The notes under the pieces: generated by a model
The model's input: only the letters and a program-made list of their open reading frames with translations
Database searches by the model: none
Told to the model about the DNA's origin: nothing
Made by a program: the position numbers and the translations under genes
Shown here: positions 48,900-61,300 of the stretch, in pieces
Layout of the letters: every line of letters starts with the position of its first letter
How positions within the stretch are numbered: the stretch's first letter is position 1
DNA from: Raillietiella orientalis
Taxonomy: Eukaryota
Reading direction: 5' to 3'
Assembly (NCBI GenBank): GCA_036172245.1
Contig: JAYWIR010000003.1
Location: 5,084,001 to 5,148,000, forward strand
DNA: 64,000 nucleotides

Positions 48900-51800
48900 A
48901 AATTTGGAACAACAGCCATATAAATCGAAATAGTGTTTGTGAACAGTTTGGGTACTCCCGGCTTCGATATCATTGGTGAATAATTGCAGACTAAACCCTC
49001 CGTAGACAGCGAAGACAATGCTGAAGACAAACAAATGTCTTTGTAAATACATGACAGTAATGTGGTATTAATTTTTGGGTACTAACAGCATTTCAGCGTA
49101 TCATGTATCGATCATCAGTTTGTTACTAAGAAGTTCCCAATACCCCTATGCAGACCCTAAATTGATCGTCCAATTAAAGGTTTGCAGTTGACATTATTTT
49201 GCAGTTGTGAGAACAAACAAACTTGTTTGCATTTTGGACCCAAACTGTGAAACAGTTTGAAAATCTAAACCACTTTTGGAAATAAAGTGTGGTTCAGGTA
49301 ACAGTTTCAGTGATGAGTTTCCTAGCCACTCTATGTACACAAGGAAAACAAGTAACTTCATTATGATTAACTTCATTGGTAAGTCAGTAGTATGTCAGTG
49401 ATGCTGTCTGATAAGATAAGCAGGTCTGACAGCTGCTGTTCATAATTTTAGGGTTGAAACCTTGAATACTTTTCTTTGACAGGAACCTCAAAGAGTTCTC
49501 TGAGAATACAAGTGCCTAGATATAAGTCCATGCACTTATGAAGGAATAACTTTTCACGGAAAGACATAAAGGATATGAAATATGAAGTTAGACTGTAGTT
49601 CATCTATTATAATAGTTAATAATTTCACAGCTTAGGTGCAGGAAAGAGAGAGCAGTAGGAACTACATCTGATGAAATTTAGTGCTCTATTTGTGACAACA
49701 CTGAACACATCAGTTGTAAATGTTACTGAATTTTCAAACTTATTTCAGTTTCGTAATCACCCAGGGTAGACTTCTGAATATTTGCATGGATTTTTGCCAG
49801 GTTTCTGTTATATTTCTCACTTTGGATGTTCTGTAATGTTCATTCTACAAGCAGTTATGACAACAAGAATTAATTGACTATCAGTGCTCCAATCAGAAAC
49901 TCAAGTAGCACAGATTGCTACTTGAGTATTATTATAGAAAAAGAAGAAATGAAATCAGTTGCCTTTATGCAATTTATCAACAGTTCTGTCTTTTAGAATT
50001 TCAATATTTCCATAAGATCTCTTTGTACTCAGATATGAGTACAAAGAAAATAAGTAATTTCAGAACAAATATTCTTGATGGTTAAAGGTCATGCATGTTC
50101 TAGATGCAATGCTTAACTTTCTTTGCAAGTTTTTCAAACTGTTACAAATTGTGTGGTTAGCATGTGTGATTTGCTTCATGTAGGTAAGCCTTGTAGTGAA
50201 TGCAACCATTTCTTAGAACATGATTGGTGTTAGGGAAAATTTCAGATGTACCTTAAAGACAGCTATAGAATGGACTTCTATTTGTCTTCTTGCCAAAGTA
50301 AAAATTATTTTAATGAAGCACAGGATGCATTAATAGTTGAACCTTCTCTTGGTTTGTCACCAGATCAGGTTCATCCTCAGCACTCTATTTGAATATAGTT
50401 GAGTTTCTGATTTAGTTTATTACTCATATATGGATCTGTACTCATATATGGTATAAGAAAGGTGAAGAAAAGAGGATATGTGGCTGTTCTAAATGTAGTA
50501 CTTATCAAGTCATAAGGAAAATAATTGGGCATTGGTCAGAAAAATCTTGAATAAAATCAAAATCATTTCTTGCTTATTTGTGATTCAATTTTGTCACTGT
50601 GTTCTGTTTCAAAAATGAGAAGAGATATTGTCTCTTAAGTACTAAACTGCCCAATAATACCAAACTGGTTTTATTTTTGGCAGAATCATGTTCTAGATTT
50701 TGGTCACTGAGCATTAGATCTACCAGTACTCAGGGATGTTGATTCTGCTCACTAATGCATCCTCTTGCATTCCATTGCAACCATAACCAGGATGGTGTTT
50801 TGGCTTCCTCTGTCTGTGTAGTCATGAGTGTTGAAATAAAATTTCTGACTGGAATGAGAATGATGGCTCCAAACTGATTCTCATAAGACTCAATGAGACT
50901 ACAAGTATCCTCTAGAACATCTGCACTTGCTAGACAGTTTGCTTTTTGGGTTCTCAAGCCAGGTGTAAAATTAATGGTATTGCAATTGCAGGACTGTCTA
51001 GGGAATTATACTGAGCCTGACAAAAAAATCTTTGAATTCAATGAGATTTTCATCAACAATGACATGCATTTTAATCTCATTCCCGTAGTTTGTAGCCAAA
51101 GTCATAGTACCAGGCATGAAATAGTTAAAGCTTGTTCAGAATGACATTAGGATGGTATGCTTTTCCAGAATGTGTTTTGTACTCTGATGAGCTTTAAGTG
51201 TTAGGTAAGTAGATCCCAGAAGTCATGTGGTTTCTGAGTTAGAAAAGGAAGAGACTGTTCTTGAGAAATGGGAAGTAGATGAATTTTCGGAAAGGGTAGT
51301 AAGAAGGATTCATAACTGGAAATGTAATTCTCAGAGTAGCAGTGGGAATATGGAGAAATTGTGGCTTCCCCAAAATTTAAGAAAGATAGAAGAAAAGGAA
51401 ATAAGGATGAACGAGATGGTGGAGCATTCTTCTTCATTTAGAATTATGGTGTAGGCTCGAGCATGTCTTATTGATTGAAGTTATTGACAAAGGGAGCATT
51501 TCTGAGTTCAGAATCATTGTGGAATCACAGAATTTCTCGACTGATGAGATTAATAAAATGGAAATGACTTGGCACAGGATGGTCGTTTCTTTTTTGTGCT
51601 CCAGGTGGACAATCTGCCTTCTAATTATGGAGAATAAATCTGACAAGCAATAAACAGCCCCGATTGCATGATCATTCAGATTCTAAAGGAGTGCCAGTGC
51701 CTTAATGCCCAGCAGAAATAGAACATGATTCCAAGACGGCAGTGCTTACCAGGGTGATTGGTTCACCTGATATTCTGTCATCCTATTGAGCATTCACCCG

Positions 51801-53155
51801 TTTGTTTTGTGTCAACCACTTGTCTGCGTTATTCATCAGCCTTGTCTCATCAGCATTCATTTAAAGCTTTGTAAAACCCTATTTCCGACCATCCAATTTC
51901 GAGGACTTCATGAGAACCTTGGAAAACTTGCATTCATGTTGATCACGAGCTCTTCAGATTACACCCTACGCGGTTCCCCGTGCCTTCATACATGTTAAGG
52001 ATAGTTACAACCATCCTCTTGTAACTCTTCTGTACAGAGTTGGTCATAGCGAATTTCCTCCTTCATCTAATACTTGGATTTCTTTTCCCAACTACATTCG
52101 GGCTCTCTTTTGGAATAGGTTACAAACACTGTAACACCAACCGCCTTTCTCCTACAACCTTTATTATACCTATCAGAGTGGACTGGCTTTAGTGATCACC
52201 CATCCAGAATGATGGGCCGGTCATCATAGTTCCTTTCCATTGATCTCTTCATTAAGCGGTCCACATTCAGTGAAAATTTTCTCTTCATGGATAATGGTAA
52301 AGGAGAGTGATGCATAATAATAAGGGACGCTGTTTTCTTACTAGAAGGGCGATATGAACTCGTGGCAATTTTTCCCGTAGAAATTATTCAGAAACTTCTA
52401 AACAAGTTGTTCAGAAACGGAAGTGGGATTTTCGAATCCTTATTCTGGAACGGCAGCAACCTTTAAGTATGACTGATGGGCGGGCCTTTAGAAACCATGT
52501 AATCAGAGCCGAATTTTCAACCCACTACGTAAGGATTTCGGGGTTTAACCCCCACTCTTCCTCATCGTTCATCCCAAATAAGTACTGAAGTAAACTCCTT
52601 TCAAGAAGGCTATGGTGTACATTCTGTTCCAAACCAAAACTTGCATACAGAGAAACGGTCAGAAGATTAAGCTCAAACTTTCCAAGAAGAAAACATGAAA
52701 CACTCCGATTCACCATTGATCTTCTCCTCAAGAAGGCAATTACCACTCCCACCTTGAGAATAGGCAGGTAATTCCGTGCTCCGATTACAGAAGTCACTTA
52801 TCAGAACTTCGAGTAACGGTGGTCACGAAGCATTTGATGGCCGGCAAGAACGAATTCGGGTTTCAGAGGGAATCTACACTCCAGCATACCTGGTAAATTC
52901 GGTTTGCAACGAATTATGCGTGTTGTCGAAAGATTATGATTAACGGAATATGGTAACTTCAGCCATGAAGGAGCCCAAGAAATAAGATGTCACGTAATCG
53001 TTTTACACAACATCGACTCGTCATCATTGCCAGCTGGTAACGAAAAATGGTCCCCGCAGCGTTTCCTCCGTCCGGCATGAAAGGAAGAAAACTGTGATTG
53101 TGAAAGCACCTCAATTCAGTGTACTCTCGAGAAATCTCTGTCTTCAGAGGACAAC
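48900..53155 (+). mobile_element. Decayed BEL/Pao LTR retrotransposon internal region (gag, protease, RT, RNase H)
   Basis: Ordered remnants: KPLLEIKCGSG (gag, about 49265), Cys-rich ...CSRC...NC...DLLH (about 50.1 kb), TRSGSSSALY (cf. LDSGSQ protease, about 50360), MTLGWY (about 51141), EKWEVDE, EVIDKGSISEFRIIV (cf. TTKLRIVFDAS), LLKKAITTPTL (cf. PLK.LTIPRLEL, about 52730). No integrase or LTR pair identified. Confidence 0.58.
50231..50459 (+). repeat. Inverted duplication, copy A
   Basis: Core 50263-50433 is the reverse complement of 53168-53338 (171 bp, 7 mismatches by hand alignment). Similarity extends about 30 bp on each side across two small insertions. Confidence 0.95.
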
Positions 53156-53159
53156 TTAC

Positions 53160-53360
53160 TTCTTATACCATATATGAGTAATAAACTAAATCAGGAACTC
53201 AACTATTTCCAAATAGGGTGCTGAGGATGAACCTGATCTGGTGATAAACCAAGAGAAGGTTCAACTATTAATGCATGCTGTGCTTCGTTAAAATAATTTT
53301 TACTTTGGCAAGAAGACAAATAGAAGTCCATTCTATAGGTGCATCTGAATTTTTCCCCAA
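53160..53360 (-). repeat. Inverted duplication, copy B
   Basis: Reverse complement of 50231-50459 (see copy A). Confidence 0.95.
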
Positions 53361-53399
53361 GTGCTGAGTGCACTGCAAATGTAGTCGGGCACAGATTAG

Positions 53400-53800
53400 T
53401 ATTATGTAAACGAAGTCCTACAGCCTGCTACCTCCAGCCATGCCAGGAGGTACGGAATTCCTTCGCGTAACTCTGACCCTCTTTTGTATGCATACCCTGA
53501 CTCGAATTGTGTGCTGAGTTGTCCAGGGAAAGCTGCATGAGAAAGGAAAATGTTGACCTCCTCCCTCTCTCCTCCGTGCTTCAACAGATAGCTCATGAAA
53601 GATGACAGGAGCAAACGACTGCATCTGTGCGTTGGTAGTTGGCTATGACTTGCCCTCGACAAAAGGTTCATTTCAAAAGCAGTCATTGGCATGTAGGAGC
53701 TCAGCGGGTTCCTGGGAAGCAATGAGGTCGTAGACGGGAAAAACTGCGGCCCATGGCACTGACTTCCTTAAACGAAAGTTCGCGAAAGTTCGGGAGTGAG
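53400..53800 (+). mobile_element. Short DIRS-like RNase H remnant
   Basis: LMKDDRSKRLHLCVGSW...FLGSNEVVD (cf. YINKQGG.RS..L...W...IPG..N..AD). Confidence 0.3.
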
Positions 53801-53899
53801 CACCGACTGCCCAGGAAGTGATTCTAGAATTCTAGAAACGTCTCTAAATTTTTCCAGCTACCTGCCCTCCTCTTAATTTTGGAACGTCCGTTGTTCGAA

Positions 53900-54323
53900 C
53901 AATCCAAAAGCAAAAAAAAAAAGGTGAAACCGAACTGTGGTCACCACGACCCTTGGTTTGCAAGTTGTGGTCTCCGATTTCATTTGGGACTGGAAACACA
54001 TAAACTCGGGCGTTTTTCCTCGAGCCTATTGGAAAACTGAACTCTTTGGCTCACTGTGTGTTTACACCATGCTTCGGAGCTGTCTACTCTATCTTCAGTG
54101 CATTCCAAGGATCACAGAGCCGGAAAGGTTTATTTAGAACGCTACATTTGTTTGCTTTCCATTAACTCACTTGAAGACCGCGGAAACCGTGTGCCCTGCG
54201 TAGTCAGGACTCGGTGCCGCAATTACGTAAGGGAGGAAGAAAGGAGCTGAAGGAACTATCGATTACACACACTGCGACTGTCCTTAACAGGCATTATCTC
54301 TAATTATTTCGTTCGTTCGTGTA

Positions 54324-54354
<31 letters not shown>

Positions 54355-57300
54355 AATATTTGCTGAGTTTGGTACTTGTGTGTTCAATACACACTCTCAT
54401 ATGGCAAAGGGCACAGTTGACATCTACATAGGTTTCGATCGGAAAACCACCACTTGCCAAATTCCAAGTAATGGTATTTTTAAAAAACGAACTTCTCTAA
54501 ATAAAGGCCTGGAAGAGGACGCGCCGACCGATGTTGTCTCCAAGGAGTGCACCCTTTCCGTTGGCTACACTGAGGAGGAATGTCTCATTTTTTGGGTTTC
54601 GTATTTTCAGACTGGGGCAGTTCTGTGGATCAGAAACACTGCGTCTTATTGTGGTGAGCTTTTTGAATCCGCGGCCGGTGCAAATTTCGGGACATCTTGC
54701 CTACATTTCGCGAGCAGTTGGATCCGAGTTGCGGATCTTCTAGTGATTTAAACGATGACCGGTAGCTGCTCTTCGCGATCGAATGTCTGCAAACGCAGCA
54801 TCGCAAAATTTGCCTGAAGAGATCGAGATCATTGGCATAGCATAGTTAGTCATCTCTATGTGCGTGAAACTCTGGTCTCAGCAACCGAGTTTCACTAGGA
54901 ACGATCTCAACCTATCTCACAAAAGGCCGAAGGCCATTTGTTGAGGAGAGCGCCGGCAGCTGCCTGAAGATGCTTCGTGACAGTCATACCATATCAAAGA
55001 TCCTGATGAAGTATGAAAACGTTCCGAAGGCCACAGGATACTTGGGGAGGTGATTCCGCAAATAGGAAAGCCATTCACAGTGTGCCGAGCTGCTTTGGGG
55101 AGATGTGCACATATCGCTGCATGTCTTCAGCTCCGCATGAAGTCTTTGATGGTCACACATAACAAAGACGGCAGTGTAACCTCGGCTCTCACTGCAAGCT
55201 CAGATGACTAGTAGGAGGCTCTTGTGTCCACATCTGGGAAGGTGCATCCCCGTTGCTCTCCTTGGTGAGGATCACAGACACGCGACGGGACCGTACGCTC
55301 CGCATGATGCCCACCAGTTTTCAAATTAGCCCTCTGTAAGCAAATATTTAAGATCGTATATTCTTGAGGATGTACTACACTTCGAAACACTTTGACTATC
55401 GAAGAGAATTGCTGCAATTATTCTATTGAGGCGTGTCCCCAGAAGAACCCGTTAAAGCCTTTACGCTCAAGTTTATTATTCTTCGATTATGAATCGAGAA
55501 CTGAGACCCTTAGGTGGATCCGTTGGCGAGATAAACAGAAGAAAGAAGACGAGGGATTGAGTCTGCTCTGCGTCCGCCATGCTTTCACTTTTTCGTGAGC
55601 CATTAGGTCAAATGTTCCAGTCTGCTTGCTTGAGCCATTACTGACTCCCAGCACCTTTAGGCTCTTCGAGGATTTTTTCCCAAGGCTATCTCTCAGAACT
55701 GGCACCTGACCATTTCTTTTTCGTTCCGAAATTGGTCGAAATGAACTGATATAACAGACCTTGGATTTTCTTGGACCTTTATGCAGACTCTCATGCAGAA
55801 GGCTTCTTCTTCCTTGAGCAGAGGCTTCGATGGAACTACTCTTCATTCTCGTCTTGTCCTTTCGTGCCCCCTCTTTTCTGCCGCAAGCAGGAATTTCTAC
55901 AGATTGTCTAAATCATTTCCAAGGTTATTCCAGAAATGCGGATGGAAGGAGGCAGAGAAACCGATTTCCTCCTTATCATCTGTTGCTGGTCGTTCGCCGG
56001 CCGTTAAGCGTAGAGGAAAAAATGAGAGCTTCTTGTTGACCGTTTTCTCGTAGAAGATTGGTACTTTTGTCTTCTTGAACCGAAAGTTGACCATCCCGGG
56101 CTGCAAACTACTAACGGCACTTTCCGCCTAGCCGACTCGCCCACGTTTTGTGATTCGAGACACCAATTTTCAACTTCTTTCGCGTTTGTAAATTTTTGGA
56201 AATTTAGCAGCGCTAACGACAGTTTGTGCCTATCAGTATCCTACACCTTGTGGGATATCACTTGTATTTGCAATCTAATATAGTACTAAACTCGAAACGT
56301 ACTGGGAATCACTGCTTTTGCAACGGCGTCCTTTCCCTCCGTGTCTCATTTTTGTAAAATCGAACGTCCTAGAATCATCCGGCTTTGTCGACTGGTCAGC
56401 TACGCTGTGCCCAAGTAGTGAAGCCATAGCGCAGAGACTGCAAGGGAGTTACAGTGGAGACGTTGGAATGCACACATGGCGAAGGTCCGGAAAAGGCATG
56501 TTGCGATCAGGGAGCCAGAAAAGGTGGGGAGGAACCACTCTCGTTGTGCTGCACTGCGTCTCTTCAAGAGATACCTGCCCCAGCGGCCAGTGGTGTTCTA
56601 TGTTGAGACCGTTGCAGTCGTTGCCGCAAGAAGGTAAAGAGTCCGGAAAAAGCTAAGGCTGATTGACAAGCGGTGGTTTAACTGCGCCATATTAGCAAAA
56701 ACGCTGCACAGGGATTCATTAACAGTAAAAATTAACAGTCACAGTAAAATCGCACTTGACCTCTTGCAGATGACGGAAAGAATTGCTCCTTGTTTGGTTA
56801 CGATCCCGGTCGTATGGGAGATGCTCCTATGCATATGGAGAGACTACCGAACAGAGGAGACTGGTGAAATTCTCATCCCTTGAGACGAGGATGCACGCAA
56901 GATATTTCCCTCTAGCGACCAGCGTGAACCGAAAGAACTCATTCGGTAAGAAAGTTGCTGTCGTGGAGGAGTTTTTCCCATTTCTTGTTGGGAGTTCCTG
57001 AAGACGGTTTGGTCCATTTTTCCAACACCCTAAAAGCGTGCTCTTCCTGCTCGGGAAACGAGGATTTCCAGACGATACTCCAGACTCGAAAGCTTGGTTC
57101 CAGAAATTCTTCGTTCAAGCCTTCCAAAGAATCTGTTGTACGAGCAGCCTTCAGCTACTCTTCTGCTGGCAAGTAGCAACAGAAAACACCCTGCCTTCAT
57201 GTTGCCATCCCTTCGTTTCTATGACATCGGTCTATGCTCTCGCAAGCGCAGACATGTGCAACACGCCTGCGTTTGAGAACTGGTACTGAGCGGTTTCAGG
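53900..57300 (-). mobile_element. Decayed L1/Tx1-like LINE (ORF1 zinc knuckle and ORF2 RT remnants)
   Basis: QACCTCLRLREH near 57250 (CCHC-like), IVKVFRSVVHPQE near 55380 (cf. LK.VL.S.IHPDQ), LCYANDLDLF at about 54816-54845 (cf. YADD), in the correct order. Confidence 0.55.
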
Positions 57301-57399
57301 AGATGACTGAGCGATTTCAGGAGACTCCTGCTACACTTGGGTGAAACCAGATACCCGGAGCTGGAATGTCTATAAATAATCGAGACGAGTCAAAATTGG

Positions 57400-58330
57400 T
57401 TTTGTTTATCACCAGCTGTCAGGGGTGCCGATGCCAGCTCTCCTGGAACCAATAAATAAGTTCAGGCTGTCGAGGGGCAGATAAGGGCACTCCTCAGACG
57501 TTTTTTTTTTTCGCAGACGCCCTTGTCCTGGCAACAGCAGCAATCTTGTTCTTTGTCTGCGACACTGTGGTAACGGGGCTGCCGTTGGAGCTGAATCACG
57601 AGCTAAGAGAAGTCCCGAATGCTGCCCACTCCCCTGAGGGTCGACTGCCGAAGAACACCGGAGCTCAACAGTAACTGCCTCAGTCATCGCTGGTCTCCTT
57701 CCCTTCTCTATGTTATCAAGGGAACTCCAACCCTCTTTAGTTGCAGTCATGTTTTTGATCTCATGAAATGCCTCCGGGCAACAGTTGTTCGGGGGCACTT
57801 GCACAAGGTTCAGGCCAACCCAGGAGCAAACCTGTTGAGCACGATGGCAGGGAGTTCCCAACATCGAACGGATTTCTTCGCGTCGAAGGAGTCCTGCTCC
57901 ACTGAGTTTCAAACGTAAGCGCTTCCCCCTGGATTCCTTCCCCACCCCCCACCCCCTTCCTTAAAAAACAATGTCAGCGCCAATGACTGGATGCAGATTG
58001 TAGACGTCGGGGGCATGCATACTTCAATACGTCTGTTACGGATGTTGTATCGTCGCTAAGGGGTCCGTTGTCCAGCCTCTGGAGCATGAGGCCAGCTTCT
58101 CTGAATGGGGCTCGGCAGCTCTTGAGAATCCAACTGTGGACGTCCACCGAAGACGCGACAGTGACAGACGGAAAAGATTCTTCGGCATCCAACACTTGCC
58201 CAAGTAACCCTTTCTTCAGTAGAAGAGGAACCCAGGGACACGGCATTGCTGTGCCTCCAGTGACAGCAAAAGATCTCGCCAGACAAAACGCGTGGGAGAG
58301 GGAAGGATGCCGTTCCTGCTAGCACAGATG
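57400..58330 (-). mobile_element. Decayed DIRS-like RT/RNase H fragment
   Basis: ILKSCRAPFREAGLMLQRLDNGPL (cf. LR..GI....YLDDWL), then MTATKEGWSS (cf. TDAS..GWG) and RRQRTRLLLL (cf. RQGGTRS..L). Confidence 0.4.
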
Positions 58331-59699
58331 TCCTCCAGCTTCCGGTGATCCCTTCCATAACCCTTCCAATTTTTTGTGTATATTTTTTTGTTTTATTTTT
58401 ATTTCTGTTTGCTCTCTCCCTCTCCTCTGCCAAGGAGAACCTCGCTGGCTTGCGTGTCGGTTAATCGGCAGGTTCCGAGCATTTTCGGACAAGGTAGGGC
58501 CGATGACCCTACATATGTATTTTTTTTTTTTAATAAGCGTCCCTACTAGCACGGGGGGCCTCCAGGATACACCTCGGTTCGCACTCGAGCGCCGCCACTG
58601 CGCAACGTCAACTTCGATGAACTCGGCGGCCACTGCAACCGACCTTGGAGATACCACGCTTGTGGATTTTGCCAGGGGAGCATGGACTCGCCCCAGGCCG
58701 CCGATCAGGGAGTCTGGCAGGGAAGCGCTGCATCCCCACGAAGGCGGGGGTCCTGGAGCATGAGCAGCACTTCCGAGCACTGAGCTCTCCGACCATCTGC
58801 TGCGGAGAGGAAAAGGGGTTGGGGGAAGGGGGGAGGCAACCTCGCACTCGAGCCGAGGAAGGAAGCGCGGAGGTGGACTCACTGTGCGCTGTCCTCGCAG
58901 AGAGCCAAAGCACTGCCCGGAGGACGAGAGAAGGAGGAAGGCGGACCGAGGTAAGAAGAGAGAGAGGTCGTCTTGTCGGGTGCGGTGGCGCCGAGCCGGA
59001 GTCGCTGCCGCCGGTCGGGGGCAGTGGGGCCGCACTGCTCTTCTGTGTGCCCACGCGACTCGTGGGGCCCGGTGAACCAGGGCAACACGGAGGCAGTCGG
59101 AATTCCAGCCTCGAGGGAGAGCGTGCACCACTGCCTTCGTTCGGCGGGATGCAAGAGCAAGCGAAGGTTCTTCCGCATCCGCAGCGGGTTGTAGCACAGT
59201 TGGATTCCTTCGCGTGGGAAGACTTCCCTCCCCCCCCCTTGTCCTTCTGCGTAGGGAAGTCCGAGAGCTTCTTAGAGCCGACCATGGACTGTGACCAGCC
59301 GCAAACGCACGATAACTTTTCGTCTACGTGGGGTCTCGTTTTATTTCCAAGGTGTGCAGAAGGTAGAACCTGCTGCGCCGTTGTCTTGGCATCTCCACGC
59401 TGGTTCAGAACGCGGAGCGTTTGGCAGAGAGGGACGGTCGGTGTGACCAGGAAGGAAGGAGGGGATTTGCGTAGGGAGACGGCAGAATTTCCCAGAGTGG
59501 GATAGCCTGCGGAGGGGTCGAGAACTTTCCAGGATCCAAAGGAAGAACCGGCGCCACGTCTCCGCTTCCGGAAGGAAACCGAAAAGGTCGCACGTGACCT
59601 GAGAGAGCATCCGCGCCATTGCCAAGATGCGGACGCCGCGCCGGAATCGCAACTTCCTTCAACTGTTCTGGCCTCCCGCGGAGAGAGAAAGAAGTGACG

Positions 59700-61300
59700 C
59701 GGTTCTACCGCAAAAATCTTTCATGAGGCATTGGCAGGGAAAGGAAATGCGGACGAGAGGTCTACCCTGACCCCTGGCACTTCCTCTTGCGGGAGCGCCG
59801 GCCGGAAATAAGAGAGACCGATGCAGCCATCTGCAACACGAGCTCCGGGTTAAGGAAAACCTGGGATGAGGGAGACGTGGATTCCTGATTCTTCAGAGTC
59901 CTTTCCTACGCGACGCACCTTCAAGGTGCTCCTCCGCTCCAACGGGTGGTGCACGGCGGCGCGCCACGGCGCCGGAACAACGCGCTCTCGTAGCCACTGA
60001 ACAACAAAGATGGCTGTGAAGACCCACGGTGAAGGCACCTTTCATCCTCGTCTCGGGCCGGGAATGCCCGTTTGCGACGGTCCCTGCCACATTCCTGCGA
60101 CCACACTTCAATGTGACGCCGTTTCGCTTCGTCGAGAGTTGCACTTCGGGTTCGCCGGGACTCACCGATGCGACGCGAAGGAGTCCCACTTGCGGGTTTC
60201 GGGAAGCTTTTGGAAGAAGTCCACCATCACCGAGAGGAGCCATGGTTTAGTCCATCATAGTCCATGGTTTCATGCACGCCCCTGACGGGATGGCTTTCCA
60301 GATTCCTCTCGACGAAAACTCCTCCCATCCTGGATTCGCGTCGGAGGAACCCTTCGCAGGGAGATATGTGAGCAGTAGCGGATGGTTGTGGACGCCATCT
60401 TTCCTTTCTCTGAAGAGGGATTCGTGTGCCCACATCTTCTAAGGATGGAGTTTTCGTGACAACGTGCGATCGGAACTGCCCTGGAGACATCACAAAGACA
60501 CCGGGAGGAGATAGGGGTTGTCTTTGTTGTTTACCTCCTGAATCCCGTTTGCGACCTCAGGCGGAGTTCAGGAACCGCGTGATGACTCATCAAATCCATC
60601 CAGTGGAGACACTCAGCGATTTTCGGCGCCCGGATGCTGGCAGCAATGCTCAGCACCTCCCCTCGCTTCCTCCAAAGGAGGATGGGCTCAGGATTTCGCA
60701 AGGAGGCGACTTTCGTGTGCGCTCTGATCCCGTGCTGGAGCTGAAGGGACTTCTTTCTGGGTAGGGGAAGGAGGAGGAGATGTCTCGCAAAAAAGTCCTT
60801 GACCAAGGAGTAACCTGGGAAGCTTGTAGGCAAACGCGTCCAATTCTTCTCATGGAAGACCTCCGCGTGGAAGGTGGAACACTGTGTCAGGGAGGCTGAG
60901 TCCGCTCTCCTCACGGTCACGACGTAAAGCTTGAGAGCGCTCCGGTTTCCTCAGCCAAACTAAGAATGATCCCTCCTTCACCCATTCCATCCAGCATCGT
61001 GACGAATAGGCAGGCAGGTTCTCACCTTCCAGGTTTTCGGATGTGGTCCGGTGCCGATCAGCTCAACCATCCCGCGTCTCCAGATGGATCCTTCCTTCTC
61101 TTTCTCACGCTCACAGTCTCGCCTACGCAGAGCGCCGCGGCGTTGAGCTGCTGACATCGGCGCTCTGAAGTACGTGCCAGTCGAGCACATCCTCCTGCTC
61201 TTCGTGAAGCTTGGGGTCACGACCACGTCCGTCTCCCGTCTCCCACCCGACGATGCACGGCTTTCGTTTCCGCCCGAAACACACTTCCCGAAGCGGTTTC
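59700..61300 (-). mobile_element. Decayed DIRS-like RT N-terminal region
   Basis: FHEKNWTRL...SLVKDF (cf. F...W..IT...I..GY), SQTGFR (cf. DG.FRP), IWKAIPSGACMKPW (cf. YQF.ALPFGL..APW). Confidence 0.48.

Noticed and set aside
50231..53360. Inverted repeats as TIRs of a DNA transposon
   Set aside because: No target-site duplication or transposase seen, and the arms resemble internal BEL protease sequence. Kept only as an inverted duplication.
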